This document shows, piece after piece, positions 1 to 9,503 of a stretch of DNA of 32,000 nt; position 1 is the first letter of the stretch, and every line of letters starts with the position of its first letter. Made by a program: the position numbers and the translations under genes. The notes beneath the pieces were generated by a model that was not told the DNA's origin, searched no databases, and saw only the letters and a list, made by a program, of their open reading frames with translations. The stretch lies in contig NC_009073.1 of assembly GCF_000015805.1 (NCBI RefSeq), forward strand, positions 570,001-602,000, written 5' to 3'. Origin of the DNA: Pyrobaculum calidifontis JCM 11548 (lineage in GTDB: Archaea > Thermoproteota > Thermoprotei > Thermoproteales > Thermoproteaceae).

Positions 1-843
1 ACGAGATATCGAGTAGACGGAGACGAAGTAGAAATAACGCCGAGTAGCCGCCTCTATGTCAGCGGAATGGGCGGCTCCGGCGTAGTGGGAGACTTGATAC
101 GCGATTTTTCAATAGTATGGAACTGGGACGTCGAAGTGACAGTGGTCAAGGACTACTTCCTCAGAGCCAGGGACGGCCTCCTAATAGCTGTCTCATACTC
201 GGGAAACACCGTGGAAACCCTCTACTCCGTTGAGTACGCAAAGAAGAGGAGAATCCCAACCGTTGCCATCACCACCGGCGGAAAGCTGGCGCAGATGGGC
301 GTCCCCACTATAATTATACCAAAGGCCAGCGCCCCCCGCGCCGCGTTGCCACAGATGTTAACAGCGGCGCTACACGTCGTAAGAAAGGTGTATGGCATTC
401 CCATTGAAATACCAGAGGCATTAGAGCCGCCGAACGACCCACTGATACACAAGCTAATGGAGGACTTTCAGAAGAGACCCACTATAGTTGCCCCAGAGAC
501 TATGCGAGGCGTGGCCTACAGAGTGAAAAACGAGTTTAACGAAAATGCGAAAATTGAGCCATCTGTAGAAATTCTCCCAGAGGCCCACCACAACTGGATA
601 GAGGGCTCAGAGCGGCCCATAGTAGCGCTCACAAGCCCCCACATACCGAGAGAACACCAAGAGCGAGTAAAGGCGACCTTAGAAATACTTGGAGGCACCC
701 TCTATGTAGTTGAAATGAGCACAAGAGGAGTGCTCACATTCCTCAGAGAAGTTGGGGTAGCCTCCATCAAGCTGGCAGAGAGCAGAGGAGTGAACCCGCT
801 CGCTACCCCAAGAATAGAGGCGTTAAAACGGCGCCTCCAATGA
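1..843 (+). CDS. pgi: bifunctional phosphoglucose/phosphomannose isomerase (crenarchaeal PGI/PMI, SIS fold); 5' end cut by window edge
   Basis: Frame 1 is open from base 1 (TRYRVDGDEVEITPSSRLYVSG precedes the listed Met at 67). It carries the SIS-type motifs GMGGSG and SYSGNTVET and a C-terminal EAHHNWIEG. It closely resembles my recollection of the characterised Pyrobaculum PGI/PMI. Confidence 0.85.
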   Translation, partial: TRYRVDGDEVEITPSSRLYVSGMGGSGVVGDLIRDFSIVWNWDVEVTVVKDYFLRARDGLLIAVSYSGNTVETLYSVEYAKKRRIPTVAITTGGKLAQMGVPTIIIPKASAPRAALPQMLTAALHVVRKVYGIPIEIPEALEPPNDPLIHKLMEDFQKRPTIVAPETMRGVAYRVKNEFNENAKIEPSVEILPEAHHNWIEGSERPIVALTSPHIPREHQERVKATLEILGGTLYVVEMSTRGVLTFLREVGVASIKLAESRGVNPLATPRIEALKRRLQ

Positions 844-1448
844 TACAAGAGTTAGCTGCCGCGTCTCTCGCCGCGCTCTTGTCCATAGCGGCGTGGCAAG
901 ACTTGAAGACTAGGGAAGTAGACGTCTGGCTTTTTGCGGCCATGGCAGTTCCAGCGGCTTTTTTGGCGTGGGCGAACTGGGGGAATCCATTCTACTACGT
1001 CTCTCTGGCGGCTGGGATACTCCTGGCCTTGTTTATGAGGGCGCTGGGCACCGGCTACGCGGACTCCCTCGCCCTAGCCGCCGTCTCCACGGCGCCGCTG
1101 CCGTTGCCCTTTCTCCCAACAGCCTTTGTGGTCGTAATAGCCAGCGCGGTGCTCCTCCCCGCAACGGCCCTGTGGCTCTACTACAAGAATAGGGGCAAGC
1201 CGTGCAAGATGTCGCTCGTCGAGAGGCTGACGCACGTGTGTATCTCAGGGGCAGAGTACAAGGAGGCATTGGCAAGAGGCACCGCCTTTAAATACATCGT
1301 GGGCGAAGAAAGTGACATGGAGCGCTACAAGCCGCCGGAGCCCCCACGGGAGGAGTGGATAAAGGCCAAGTACGGAATCCCCTACCTCGTCTATCTAGCC
1401 GCTGGGTATTGGGCATACCTTTTGTGGAATTTTGTACTTCTCCGCTAA
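840..1448 (+). CDS. polytopic membrane protein, probable A24-family (prepilin/preflagellin-type) aspartic peptidase
   Basis: Multiple hydrophobic helices are present. The first Asp lies in [12 protein letters not shown] and a second acidic motif in [10 protein letters not shown]. The terminal helix [12 protein letters not shown] resembles the family's last TM. Its start overlaps the pgi stop as ATGA. Confidence 0.5.
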   Translation: MIQELAAASLAALLSIAAWQDLKTREVDVWLFAAMAVPAAFLAWANWGNPFYYVSLAAGILLALFMRALGTGYADSLALAAVSTAPLPLPFLPTAFVVVIASAVLLPATALWLYYKNRGKPCKMSLVERLTHVCISGAEYKEALARGTAFKYIVGEESDMERYKPPEPPREEWIKAKYGIPYLVYLAAGYWAYLLWNFVLLR

Positions 1449-2077
1449 GAGGAAAAAGCTCTATCGCCTGCGTCGCCGAGGCCAGGGACTATGAACGCCC
1501 TGTCGTTAAGCGCTGGGTCTATTGCAACGGTGTAAATTTCAGCATGCGGATATTTCGAAAGCACGTTGTCTACGCCTATGGGAGTGGCTATGACCGACGC
1601 CACTATTAGCCGTTGCGGATTCCCAGCCTTGTACACCTCCTCTATTGCCTTTATCATCGTACCCCCCGTCGCCAACATTGGGTCCGCCACTATGACCACG
1701 TCCCCCTCTATCTGGGGTACCTTGGAGTAGAACACCTCCACAGATATTGCGCCGCCCTCCTCTCTCCGCCTTGCGGCAACTACGCCGAGACGCGCCTGTG
1801 GAAAAGCCTTTAGAAGCCCCTCTACGAAGGGCATCGCCGCCCTAAGAATTTGGACAATGACGACTTTGTCCAAGCCCACTATTTCAACGCCGGTTGCTTT
1901 GCCGAGCGGCGTCTCTACTTCCACCTGCCGCGTTGGAAAAGTCTTAACCAGCTCGTACCCCACTATTCTGCCAAGTCTAACAAGGCCTTTACGAAACTCT
2001 ATACCCTTCGTCGACTTGTCCCTTAGCTTTGTCAACAGGTGTTGGGCATATACGTGGTCTATAATGCGTACAGGCAT
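1445..2077 (-). CDS. upp: uracil phosphoribosyltransferase
   Basis: It has the PRPP loop [14 protein letters not shown] and the C-terminal [11 protein letters not shown] typical of Upp. I trimmed the ORF-track start (2206) to the ATG at 2075-2077, which lies 1 nt after the stop of the upstream gene. Confidence 0.85.
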   Translation of the reverse strand: MPVRIIDHVYAQHLLTKLRDKSTKGIEFRKGLVRLGRIVGYELVKTFPTRQVEVETPLGKATGVEIVGLDKVVIVQILRAAMPFVEGLLKAFPQARLGVVAARRREEGGAISVEVFYSKVPQIEGDVVIVADPMLATGGTMIKAIEEVYKAGNPQRLIVASVIATPIGVDNVLSKYPHAEIYTVAIDPALNDRAFIVPGLGDAGDRAFSS

Positions 2078-2078
2078 C

Positions 2079-4547
2079 TCAGACGCGCTCCAGCCGAGCC
2101 ACGCGGTCGAGGAGCTTGCGATACTCCTCACGCAACTTTTCCACCTCCTCTCTAAGCCGCTGGTATTCAGCGCCGCGTTCCATGGCCTTCCTAATCTTTT
2201 CCACAACCTCCCTCGCCATGCGCCTAATACGGCCGTCTAAGTCGCGCTCAATCCTCTCCTCGAGGTCGGGCAAGAGCCTAGGCTCTAGGAGTTCCAACGC
2301 CGCGGCGACTGCGGCGTATCTGACCCGGAAATTCTCATCCCTCAGCGCCCTCCTTATAACCTCAAGAACCTCCCTACGTGGGCCAAACTTTGCAAGGGCC
2401 TGCACAGCGGTCATCCTGAGAACGGTCGGCACGCCCTCCTCTGCGTATTTCAGCACAAGCCTTAGAGCCTCCTCGCTACCCAGCTCCGCCAACCCCTCCA
2501 GTGCCCCCCTCTTAATAACCTCCAAGTGGCTGGAATACTCAAGGGCCTTTCTTAGGCTGTGCTCGGCGAACTCCCACCTAGTCTTGCCCAACGCCCTCGC
2601 CGCCTCGGCTCTCACATAGTAGCTCTCCCCCACGTCGTGGAGCACTCTGTCTAAAAACTCGGCGGCCTCTCTCCGCCTTGTATTGCCAAGCGCCTCTATG
2701 ATGGCCCTCCTAGCCCTTGGATGAGCCACGACAGGGTATGCCTCAATTAGCTTGGCCACGGCCTCGGCAGTTCCAACCTCTCCCAACGCCTTTGCCGCCT
2801 CAGAGGCCACGCCCCAGAAATTGTCGCGCAGAGCCTTCGCAAGAGCGTCCACGGCCTTTGGACTACCGTTCTTCTTCAACGCCTCCACTGCCTGCAACCT
2901 GCAGTAGAGGTCCTCGTCCTCCAACATCGCCACTGCGGACTCCAGGGGGTACTGAGGATCCAGCGACTTCAAAATCTTAAAGCCAGGATCTACGCATATG
3001 TACTTGGGCTTCCCATGTAAAGTAAAGCTCAACTCCTTGTCGTTAAGCACCAAGGACTTGACCTCCCTTCTGCCGTCCTCATACACGATCTTCAGCTCCA
3101 ACGGAAGCGTGTAGACGGGGAAGCTGTCCTCCCCCTGCGTCTGTCTAATCTGCACTCTCGCGGCCTTGTCCTCCATGGAGTAGTTCCAAGACACCTTCAG
3201 CACTGGGTGGCCAGCTGAGTAGAAGAACTGGTTCCAGAACCACTCCAAGTCGCGCTCCGACACTTCTTCAAAAACCTTCCTCAAGTCTTCGACGTCGACG
3301 GCCTTGTACCTATACCTCTCTAGAAACGTCTTGAGCCCCCTCCTAAACACCTCGTCGCCCAGGAGACTCCTCAACATGTGCAAAACCACAGACCCCTTCT
3401 CATAGGCGTGGCGGTCGAACACCTCGTCAGGTATCTTGTATATATTTGTCACAATTGGCCGCGAGTAGCGCCTAGAGTACTCCCCCAGATATATTTTGAA
3501 GTTTGTATAAATCTCGTAGAGGTACTCATCTCTTCCCTTGGAGCGCTCAGTCCACAGAGCCTCTAGAAAAGTGGCAAAAGACTCATTGATAGTTATATGC
3601 GCCCAGTCCTTGGCCGTGACCAAGTCGCCAAACCACATATGCGCCATCTCATGCGCAACTAGTGGGTGCGACGAGAAGTCCTCCAGCTCTAGACACGGAA
3701 AGCCGGAGTAGGGGCACTGGGCGTGTTTATCGTGGATAGTCCAATCTGTCAAAATTGTAAACGTCGTATTCTCCATGCCGCCATATATGAACTCAGGCAC
3801 TACCACCTGGGCGTAACGCTCATAGGGATAGGGCACGCCCAAGTACTGCGACAGAAACTGCATAATGCTACACGTGTTATAGAACGAGAACTTCCACTCT
3901 TCTCCCACATAGCTAGGCAGATAGTACTCTAGCTCAACATCGCCGCACTTCTCTTTATACACCTTGAAATTGCCCACAGCCAGCGCCAACAAGTAAGGCG
4001 ACATGGGGTGCCGCATCTCCCACACGTAGACCAGCTTGTCGCCCCTCTCCTTCACCTCTACCAAAACGCCGTTGCTCCCAGCCACATACGGCTTAGGGAC
4101 GGTAATGGACACAGACCACGGGAATTTCACATTAGGCGAATCTGGCAGAGGGACCCAGTACCGGTTATACTCGGTCTCTCCCTGTGTCCACATATACACC
4201 TCCTTGCCCCTCCTCACGAAAAACATGCCAACCCTCGGCCTGGCCCGATACCTCACAACCACCTCCACCTGTTCCCCGCTCTTCCACTCGGGGCGAATCT
4301 CGAGCTTGGCGCCATCGTAGAAATAGTCGTGGCTAACTCCCAAAACCTCAATGTCCACAGCGTCTAAGACAACCACTGCGCCGCTCTTTTTGGCCCTAAC
4401 GACGTACTTCACCACGCCTTCAACGGCGCCATTTTCCAAATCTACCTCAACGTCAAGGCTCATCTTAACCACGTCGAAGTCGTAAGATCGCGGATGCCTA
4501 GGCAGATATTCGGGAAAGGCGAAGTCCCTCCCCACTAAGTACTTCAT
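2079..4547 (-). CDS. M1-family zinc aminopeptidase with a C-terminal HEAT-repeat region and terminal coiled coil
   Basis: It has GGMENT (GAMEN-type motif) and HEMAH followed 18 residues later by E (NESF). The C-terminal ~280 aa consist of repeated A/L/E-rich units (AVEALKK.., AAKALGEVG.., AIIEALGN.., AARALGKT..) typical of HEAT/PBS-lyase repeats. The protein ends in a charged heptad-like tail. Confidence 0.85.
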   Translation of the reverse strand: MKYLVGRDFAFPEYLPRHPRSYDFDVVKMSLDVEVDLENGAVEGVVKYVVRAKKSGAVVVLDAVDIEVLGVSHDYFYDGAKLEIRPEWKSGEQVEVVVRYRARPRVGMFFVRRGKEVYMWTQGETEYNRYWVPLPDSPNVKFPWSVSITVPKPYVAGSNGVLVEVKERGDKLVYVWEMRHPMSPYLLALAVGNFKVYKEKCGDVELEYYLPSYVGEEWKFSFYNTCSIMQFLSQYLGVPYPYERYAQVVVPEFIYGGMENTTFTILTDWTIHDKHAQCPYSGFPCLELEDFSSHPLVAHEMAHMWFGDLVTAKDWAHITINESFATFLEALWTERSKGRDEYLYEIYTNFKIYLGEYSRRYSRPIVTNIYKIPDEVFDRHAYEKGSVVLHMLRSLLGDEVFRRGLKTFLERYRYKAVDVEDLRKVFEEVSERDLEWFWNQFFYSAGHPVLKVSWNYSMEDKAARVQIRQTQGEDSFPVYTLPLELKIVYEDGRREVKSLVLNDKELSFTLHGKPKYICVDPGFKILKSLDPQYPLESAVAMLEDEDLYCRLQAVEALKKNGSPKAVDALAKALRDNFWGVASEAAKALGEVGTAEAVAKLIEAYPVVAHPRARRAIIEALGNTRRREAAEFLDRVLHDVGESYYVRAEAARALGKTRWEFAEHSLRKALEYSSHLEVIKRGALEGLAELGSEEALRLVLKYAEEGVPTVLRMTAVQALAKFGPRREVLEVIRRALRDENFRVRYAAVAAALELLEPRLLPDLEERIERDLDGRIRRMAREVVEKIRKAMERGAEYQRLREEVEKLREEYRKLLDRVARLERV

Positions 4548-4590
4548 GAAACGTGGACGTTTAGACGGCGTTATAAATCTATCTCAAAAA

Positions 4591-5061
4591 CTACTCTTTT
4601 ATGGCCCCAATGGAGATAAAGGTCTTCGTCTCCTTGACGCCCTCCATGTTATTTATCGCATCTAACACTTTGTCCAACACAGTCTCCTGCGTAATCACTG
4701 CCAAATCGAAGTCGCCGGCGAGACGCAGGGCCTTTTCAATAGGCAACTTCTTGGCAGCCTCGTACACCTTATCACGGTATTTCGGTTCTACTTTCACTAG
4801 TATAATCACGTCGTTGGACTGGCCCTTGAGCAACTTCACCGCCTTTTCAGTTATGTCGACGAACTCTCTTCCAGTTCTCACGAGGCCAAGCTCCTTAAGC
4901 CGCTTAAGGTGGATGGCCAACGCCTGCCGCGTCATGCCCAGCTCTCTTGCAATTTCGTCTTGGTCTCCGTACACAGTGTACACTCGCATGGGCTGAGCCC
5001 TCTGTAGCAAGTGGTTAAGCAACTGGAACTGTCGGTCTGTTAACTTCATTTCCTCTGTCAT
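4591..5061 (-). CDS. Lrp/AsnC-type transcriptional regulator (wHTH plus RAM-like C-terminal domain)
   Basis: The HTH is IARELGMTRQALAIHLKRLKELGLVR. The C-terminal part (VKVEP...LAGDFDLAVI...MEGVKETKTFI) matches the AsnC-type effector domain pattern. A TATA-like box at 5082-5092 lies about 26 nt upstream of the ATG. Confidence 0.7.
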   Translation of the reverse strand: MTEEMKLTDRQFQLLNHLLQRAQPMRVYTVYGDQDEIARELGMTRQALAIHLKRLKELGLVRTGREFVDITEKAVKLLKGQSNDVIILVKVEPKYRDKVYEAAKKLPIEKALRLAGDFDLAVITQETVLDKVLDAINNMEGVKETKTFISIGAIKE

Positions 5062-5230
5062 AATAGGAGAGCGAATTTTAGATATTTAAATGTATCGCTC
5101 AATTATGGGAAAGATGCGGCCTACAGTTTTTTAGCTAAGAGGAGACACATCTAATACGGCGTAACAAAGCCTCTCTCCGCTATAAATATTTTACTCCGCC
5201 AAGTTTATTACCCAAAGGGAAGCCCCCCAC

Positions 5231-6499
5231 GTGAGGTACATCGCGCTAGTCCTTCTCCTGCCGCTAGCTGTGGCGGGGGCGGCGATAATAGACGTAAGAG
5301 ATGCCCTCGGTTACCCAGTGCAAAACGCCACGGTGTGCGTAGAGGGATTGTGCAAATACACAAACGCCACGGGTCTCGTAGAGGTCCCAACAGGCCCAGT
5401 GGAGATATACGTCGACGGCGTCCTGGCTTGGAGAACTTACGCGGAAGGCCACGTGGTGGCCACAATATACCGCGTAGGCGAAGTCGCCATATCTCCACTT
5501 CCCGCCGACGGCTATGTGGACATATGGGTCAAACTCCTAAACGGGTCATACGCCCGCTTGAGAATTAACTTTAGAAATAATACACTAGAGAGGGAGATAC
5601 CAGTAGGAAATGTAAATTACCCAGCGGAAATACATATAGTCTCGGTGGCGGGGCGCGCGGTCAATACAACTGTTAAGACCAGCCTCTGGGAGCTGGGGGC
5701 AGACCTGGCGGCCCTGGGCATAGTAAAGAAGTGCACTATTTCAGCGAGAGAGCCAGTTAAGGCCATATACGTCTACAATGGGACAAACCTAGTAGCTGTC
5801 GGCCAGAATGTGACACTCTTTACGTTCAATACGGCGGCCTACTACGCCGTAGTAGAGACCGACGTGGTGGCGCCAAACGGCACAAGGTACAGGTGGAGAA
5901 TAGACGTAGCCAAGCACTGCGGCGGCGACGTTACGCCAAATGCAAGTAGGCTAGTAGTCACAGCGGTGGACTCCGCCGGCGCCGTTAGGTACGACTGGGC
6001 CATCAGAATCGCCAACGAATCCTTCAGAGGAAGGGCAGAGCTCTGGGTTCTTCCAAACGCCACGTATATGGTCGAGGTAGACGCAGTACACACTAAGAGG
6101 AGCGTGTCGGTACACGTGTCGAGGGCCGTGGAAGAGGTGACGATATCTGTGCCCACAGCGTACGTCGAGTTCCGCTACCAACAGCCAGCCCGGTGGGTGT
6201 ACATCATCGGAAACTATACGGCGAGAGAGGCAATGCCCAGGAGGGTGGAGTTGCCCCCAGGCGTGTACAAGGTGGTGGTGGACTTAGGCGGCGTAAATGT
6301 GACATACACCGTGTCACTGAGGCCCGGCGAAGTGGTAACGCTCACCGTTGAAAGGCCGCCATCCTCAAACGAGACTGCGCAGAGTTACGAGGGCCTTTCA
6401 GCAGCCACCTACGCTCTTTTGGTCGTCCTCGCAACCTTCGTAGTAGTTGCAGTCGTTATTTTGAAGAAGTCAACTCGCCGAAGTTTTGCAACTCTTTGA
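5231..6499 (+). CDS. secreted, C-terminally membrane-anchored protein rich in N-glycosylation sequons
   Basis: It has a GTG start, an N-terminal signal-like segment (MRYIALVLLLPLAVAGAA) and a C-terminal hydrophobic helix followed by KKSTRR. I counted 14 N-x-S/T sequons by eye. I recognised no family. Confidence 0.6.
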   Translation: MRYIALVLLLPLAVAGAAIIDVRDALGYPVQNATVCVEGLCKYTNATGLVEVPTGPVEIYVDGVLAWRTYAEGHVVATIYRVGEVAISPLPADGYVDIWVKLLNGSYARLRINFRNNTLEREIPVGNVNYPAEIHIVSVAGRAVNTTVKTSLWELGADLAALGIVKKCTISAREPVKAIYVYNGTNLVAVGQNVTLFTFNTAAYYAVVETDVVAPNGTRYRWRIDVAKHCGGDVTPNASRLVVTAVDSAGAVRYDWAIRIANESFRGRAELWVLPNATYMVEVDAVHTKRSVSVHVSRAVEEVTISVPTAYVEFRYQQPARWVYIIGNYTAREAMPRRVELPPGVYKVVVDLGGVNVTYTVSLRPGEVVTLTVERPPSSNETAQSYEGLSAATYALLVVLATFVVVAVVILKKSTRRSFATL

Positions 6500-7232
6500 A
6501 ATACCCCTGGTACCCCAACTCCTCTATCCTCTTAATCACCGTTTCGTCTCCCTCTAGCGCGACGCGGCCGTCCACCATGACGTACACCCTAGTAGGCTTT
6601 ATGAAGCGCAGAACTCTTGCATAATGCGTAGAGAGCAAGACCCCGCTACCCGACGACGCCAGCTTAGTAATTGCGTTGCCCACAGCTGCTATGCCGTCGA
6701 TGTCTAAACCGCTGTCTGGCTCGTCCAGTATTACAAAGGCCGGCTTCAGCAACAGGGCCTGCAACACCTCTGCCCTCTTGAACTCGCCGCCGCTGAAGCC
6801 CGCGCCTACGCCGCGGTTAAACACGTCCGGCCTCAATCCCAGCTCCGCCGCGATTTTCTGCGCCTGAGCCAACACCTGCGGGTTGGGGTCTGTCAACTTC
6901 TTGCCCATGCGCACGTTGGCCATCGCCTGGAGCAGAAAGGCAAATCTAACCTCTGGCACGGCCACCGGCGACTGGAAGCCCACGAAGATCCCCTTGGCGA
7001 ATCTCTCCTCGGGCGCGAGCTCCTTTATAGACTGGCCGTCGAGCAGTATGTCGCCGTCGAGCACCTCGTACTTGGGGTTGCCCGCTATTGTTTGGAAAAG
7101 TGTCGACTTGCCGCTGCCGTTTGGGCCCATGACCACTACCACCTCGCCGCTGGACACAGACAAGTTGACCCCCTTCAAAATTTCTCTGCCACCCACAGCC
7201 ACCCTAAGATTTACCACCTCTAGTTTGTGCAT
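6456..7232 (-). CDS. sufC: Fe-S cluster assembly ATPase SufC
   Basis: It has Walker A GPNGSGKST, the signature FSGGEFKR, Walker B ILDEPDSGLD and the H-loop LLSTHY. I chose the start at ATG 7230-7232, which lies about 25 nt from a TATA box, rather than the upstream GTG at 7253. Confidence 0.9.
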   Translation of the reverse strand: MHKLEVVNLRVAVGGREILKGVNLSVSSGEVVVVMGPNGSGKSTLFQTIAGNPKYEVLDGDILLDGQSIKELAPEERFAKGIFVGFQSPVAVPEVRFAFLLQAMANVRMGKKLTDPNPQVLAQAQKIAAELGLRPDVFNRGVGAGFSGGEFKRAEVLQALLLKPAFVILDEPDSGLDIDGIAAVGNAITKLASSGSGVLLSTHYARVLRFIKPTRVYVMVDGRVALEGDETVIKRIEELGYQGYFKELQNFGELTSSK

Positions 7233-7304
7233 CGTAGAGTCCTCGAACGGCACTTTAAAAACTTCTCAAACAAAGGCTTTTATCTATCATTCGCAAAAGG
7301 GCAC

Positions 7305-8726
7305 ATGGAAGTTGAGGCTCTAAGGACGGCCATAAGCCACGTGGAGTCTGTGGAAGAGGCCCTGGGCGTAGAGAAGAAGCTAGCCTACCAAGTGGTCCTC
7401 AAGGGGAAAATCACGAGAGACATGGTGGAGGAGATCAGCAGGCTGAAGGGCGAGCCCGATTGGATGAGGCGGCTGAGGTTGCGCATGCTAGAGCTCTTTG
7501 AAAAACTCCCCATGCCCAAGTGGGTGCGTGCGGTGGAGGAAATAGACCTAGAGGCCCTAGCCCACTACGCCAAGCCGCAGACGGAAACTGTGACAAGCTG
7601 GGACCAGGTGCCGAAGGAGATTAGAGAGTACTACGAGAAGCTCGGCCTCCCAGAAATAGAGGCAAAGGCGTTGCTGGGCCTCGGAGCGCAGTTCGACAGC
7701 GAAATCATATACTTCAACCTAAAGAAGAAGCTACAGGAAAAAGGCGTCGTCATGTTGCCAATGGAGGAGGCGGTGAAGAAGTACCCCGACCTGGTACAGA
7801 AGTACTTCATGCGCGTCTTCCCACCTGAGCACAAATTCGCCGCATTACACGGCGCGTTGTGGTCAGGAGGAGTCTTCATATACGTCCCACCCGGCGTAAG
7901 AATAGAGCAACCACTGGAGACCTTCTTCTTCATAGGGCAGTCCATGGAGTCCCAAATGGAGCACTCAATAGTGGTGGCCGACAAGGGCGCCTACGTGCAC
8001 TGGATAGAGGGGTGCTCCGCCCCAAGGCTGATGAAGTACTCCTTCCACGACGGAATGGTCGAGGGCTACGCCCACGAAGGCGCCACTCTAAAAATCACCA
8101 CGGTGCAAAACTGGTCAAGAGACGTGGTGAACTTCAACAACAAGCGGGCAATAGCGGAGGCCCACGCCAAGGTGCACTGGGTAGAGGGGTCGATAGGTAG
8201 CAAGACCACCTACACCTTCCCCTCCACTGTGCTAAAGGGCGAGGGGGCCTCCACGGAGATCGTGGGCATAACTGCGGCAAAGGGGCCCTACTGGAAGGAG
8301 AATGGGGCAAAGGTGTGGCACCTAGCCCCAAAGACGAGCAGTAGGGTGGTGAACAAGAGCATCTCCGCAGAGGGAGGCGTCGCAGTGTACAGGGGGTTAA
8401 TCCACGTGCAGCGAGGGGCAAAATACGCCAAGTCACACGTACAGTGCGACTCCCTTGTCTTAGACAAGGACTCAGCCACATTGACAATACCACACGACCA
8501 AGTGTTCGAGGAAACCGCCGTCGTGACCCACGAGGCCACCGCCTCGACAATATCGGAGGAGAAGATAGCCTACCTCCGCGCCAGAGGGCTCACAGAAGAC
8601 GCCGCGAAGGCGGCCATAGTCCTCGGCTTCGTCGGCGACGTGTTGAAAGACCTCCCCTTCGAGTACGCAGTGGTGCTGAGCAGAGTGATAGAGCTTGAGT
8701 TCGGCAAGCTTTCAAAAGTCGGCTAA
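7305..8726 (+). CDS. sufB: Fe-S cluster assembly scaffold SufB (SufB/SufD family)
   Basis: The C-terminal half has the SufB/D beta-helix pattern (KVHWVEGSIGSK..., SRVVNKSISAEGGVAVYRGLIHV, HEATASTISEEKIAYLRARGL). I chose the start at ATG 7305, about 24 nt downstream of a TATA box. The ORF-track extension from 7227 overlaps sufC and the promoter. Confidence 0.85.
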   Translation: MEVEALRTAISHVESVEEALGVEKKLAYQVVLKGKITRDMVEEISRLKGEPDWMRRLRLRMLELFEKLPMPKWVRAVEEIDLEALAHYAKPQTETVTSWDQVPKEIREYYEKLGLPEIEAKALLGLGAQFDSEIIYFNLKKKLQEKGVVMLPMEEAVKKYPDLVQKYFMRVFPPEHKFAALHGALWSGGVFIYVPPGVRIEQPLETFFFIGQSMESQMEHSIVVADKGAYVHWIEGCSAPRLMKYSFHDGMVEGYAHEGATLKITTVQNWSRDVVNFNNKRAIAEAHAKVHWVEGSIGSKTTYTFPSTVLKGEGASTEIVGITAAKGPYWKENGAKVWHLAPKTSSRVVNKSISAEGGVAVYRGLIHVQRGAKYAKSHVQCDSLVLDKDSATLTIPHDQVFEETAVVTHEATASTISEEKIAYLRARGLTEDAAKAAIVLGFVGDVLKDLPFEYAVVLSRVIELEFGKLSKVG

Positions 8727-8754
8727 GCATATATAGCAGAAATTTTTCCCCAAC

Positions 8755-9348
8755 GTGAACCCCTGCATACAAGACAAGTTCACACTCTGCAAGCCAGAGT
8801 TCGACCCCAGAAAGGCCCTAGACCTGTCAATAGACCTAATGCACCAGTTCGACGCCTCGCCGTACGACATAATCGGCGTAGCCATAGCCTTCGGCGCCGA
8901 CCCCAGAGAGGCAAAAAGGGCCCTCGGAGTAGAGATATCGGGAAACGTGAAAAAGCCCATAACCACATTTCTCACAAACTACGGCAGGAGACACGGCTAC
9001 GAAAAAGTAGAGGCGGCTCTGTTAAAACTCTACCAAGCCGCCAAGGGAGGCTGCCTCTGCCCCCCAGGCCCAATAGCCCCCCTAGGAGACGGCTACATAG
9101 TCCAAAGGCCATACGCAGTCTACATATGCGCCAGCGGCAACTGTAGAGAAGTGGCGCCAGAGCCGTTGCAACTCTACGAACACCCCACCGGCTGTATGTT
9201 CTACAACCCGCCCCTGGTGCTAGAAGGCCAGCCCCTCCCAGCCGTGGTCAATGCCCTAAAACAACTAAAGGTAACAGAGCCGGAGATTGTCGCAAAATAC
9301 CTCCTCCCCGGCCTCTGTAGAGACCTCTGGGGAGTGAGAATACCCTAA
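8755..9348 (+). CDS. hypothetical protein, Cys-rich (8 Cys)
   Basis: This is a 197-codon ORF with a GTG start about 23 nt downstream of a TATA-like box (8727-8737). Its composition is balanced. I recognised no family. Confidence 0.5.
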   Translation: MNPCIQDKFTLCKPEFDPRKALDLSIDLMHQFDASPYDIIGVAIAFGADPREAKRALGVEISGNVKKPITTFLTNYGRRHGYEKVEAALLKLYQAAKGGCLCPPGPIAPLGDGYIVQRPYAVYICASGNCREVAPEPLQLYEHPTGCMFYNPPLVLEGQPLPAVVNALKQLKVTEPEIVAKYLLPGLCRDLWGVRIP

Positions 9349-9381
9349 TCGCGCCAAGTTTCGCCAGTCTTACGATAAAAC

Positions 9382-9389
9382 TTTATAAA
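9382..9389 (+). promoter_or_regulatory. TATA box for tRNA-Val
   Basis: TTTATAAA is centred about 24 nt upstream of tRNA position 1 (9410). Confidence 0.5.
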
Positions 9390-9445
9390 CGCCCCAGAGA
9401 TAGGCACAGGGGCCCGTAGTCTAGCGGTAGGATGCCCGCCTTACA

Positions 9446-9470
9446 TGGCGCACCCGCAACAGCCTTAGAG
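9446..9470 (+). other. tRNA intron 1 (canonical 37/38 position, 25 nt)
   Basis: Removing it restores a 7-nt anticodon loop, CTTACAC. The flanks can form a relaxed bulge-helix-bulge: 3-nt bulges CA|T and AG|C, a central helix CTTA/TTAG with one U-U mismatch, and an inner helix GGC/GCC. Confidence 0.6.
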
Positions 9471-9486
9471 CGCGGGTGATCCCGGG

Positions 9487-9503
9487 AGGGCGTACCCCGG
9501 GAA
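9487..9503 (+). other. tRNA intron 2 (non-canonical, T-arm 53/54 position, 17 nt)
   Basis: Removing it joins T-stem CCGGG to T-loop TTCGAAT. The BHB-like fold has a perfect 4-bp central helix (CCCG 9481-9484 / CGGG 9498-9501), flanked by 3-nt bulges GG|A and AA|T. The inner helix is GGG/CCC with loop CGTA, and the outer helix is weak. Confidence 0.55.

Noticed and set aside
7227-7304. N-terminal extensions given by the ORF track for sufB (from 7227), sufC (7253), upp (2206), TIP49 (10417), the 14466/14511 starts, gap (24204) and speH-like (28024).
   Set aside because: The extensions overlap neighbouring genes or the TATA boxes and add non-homologous residues. Internal ATG or GTG codons sit 22-28 nt downstream of A/T boxes, as expected for leaderless transcripts.
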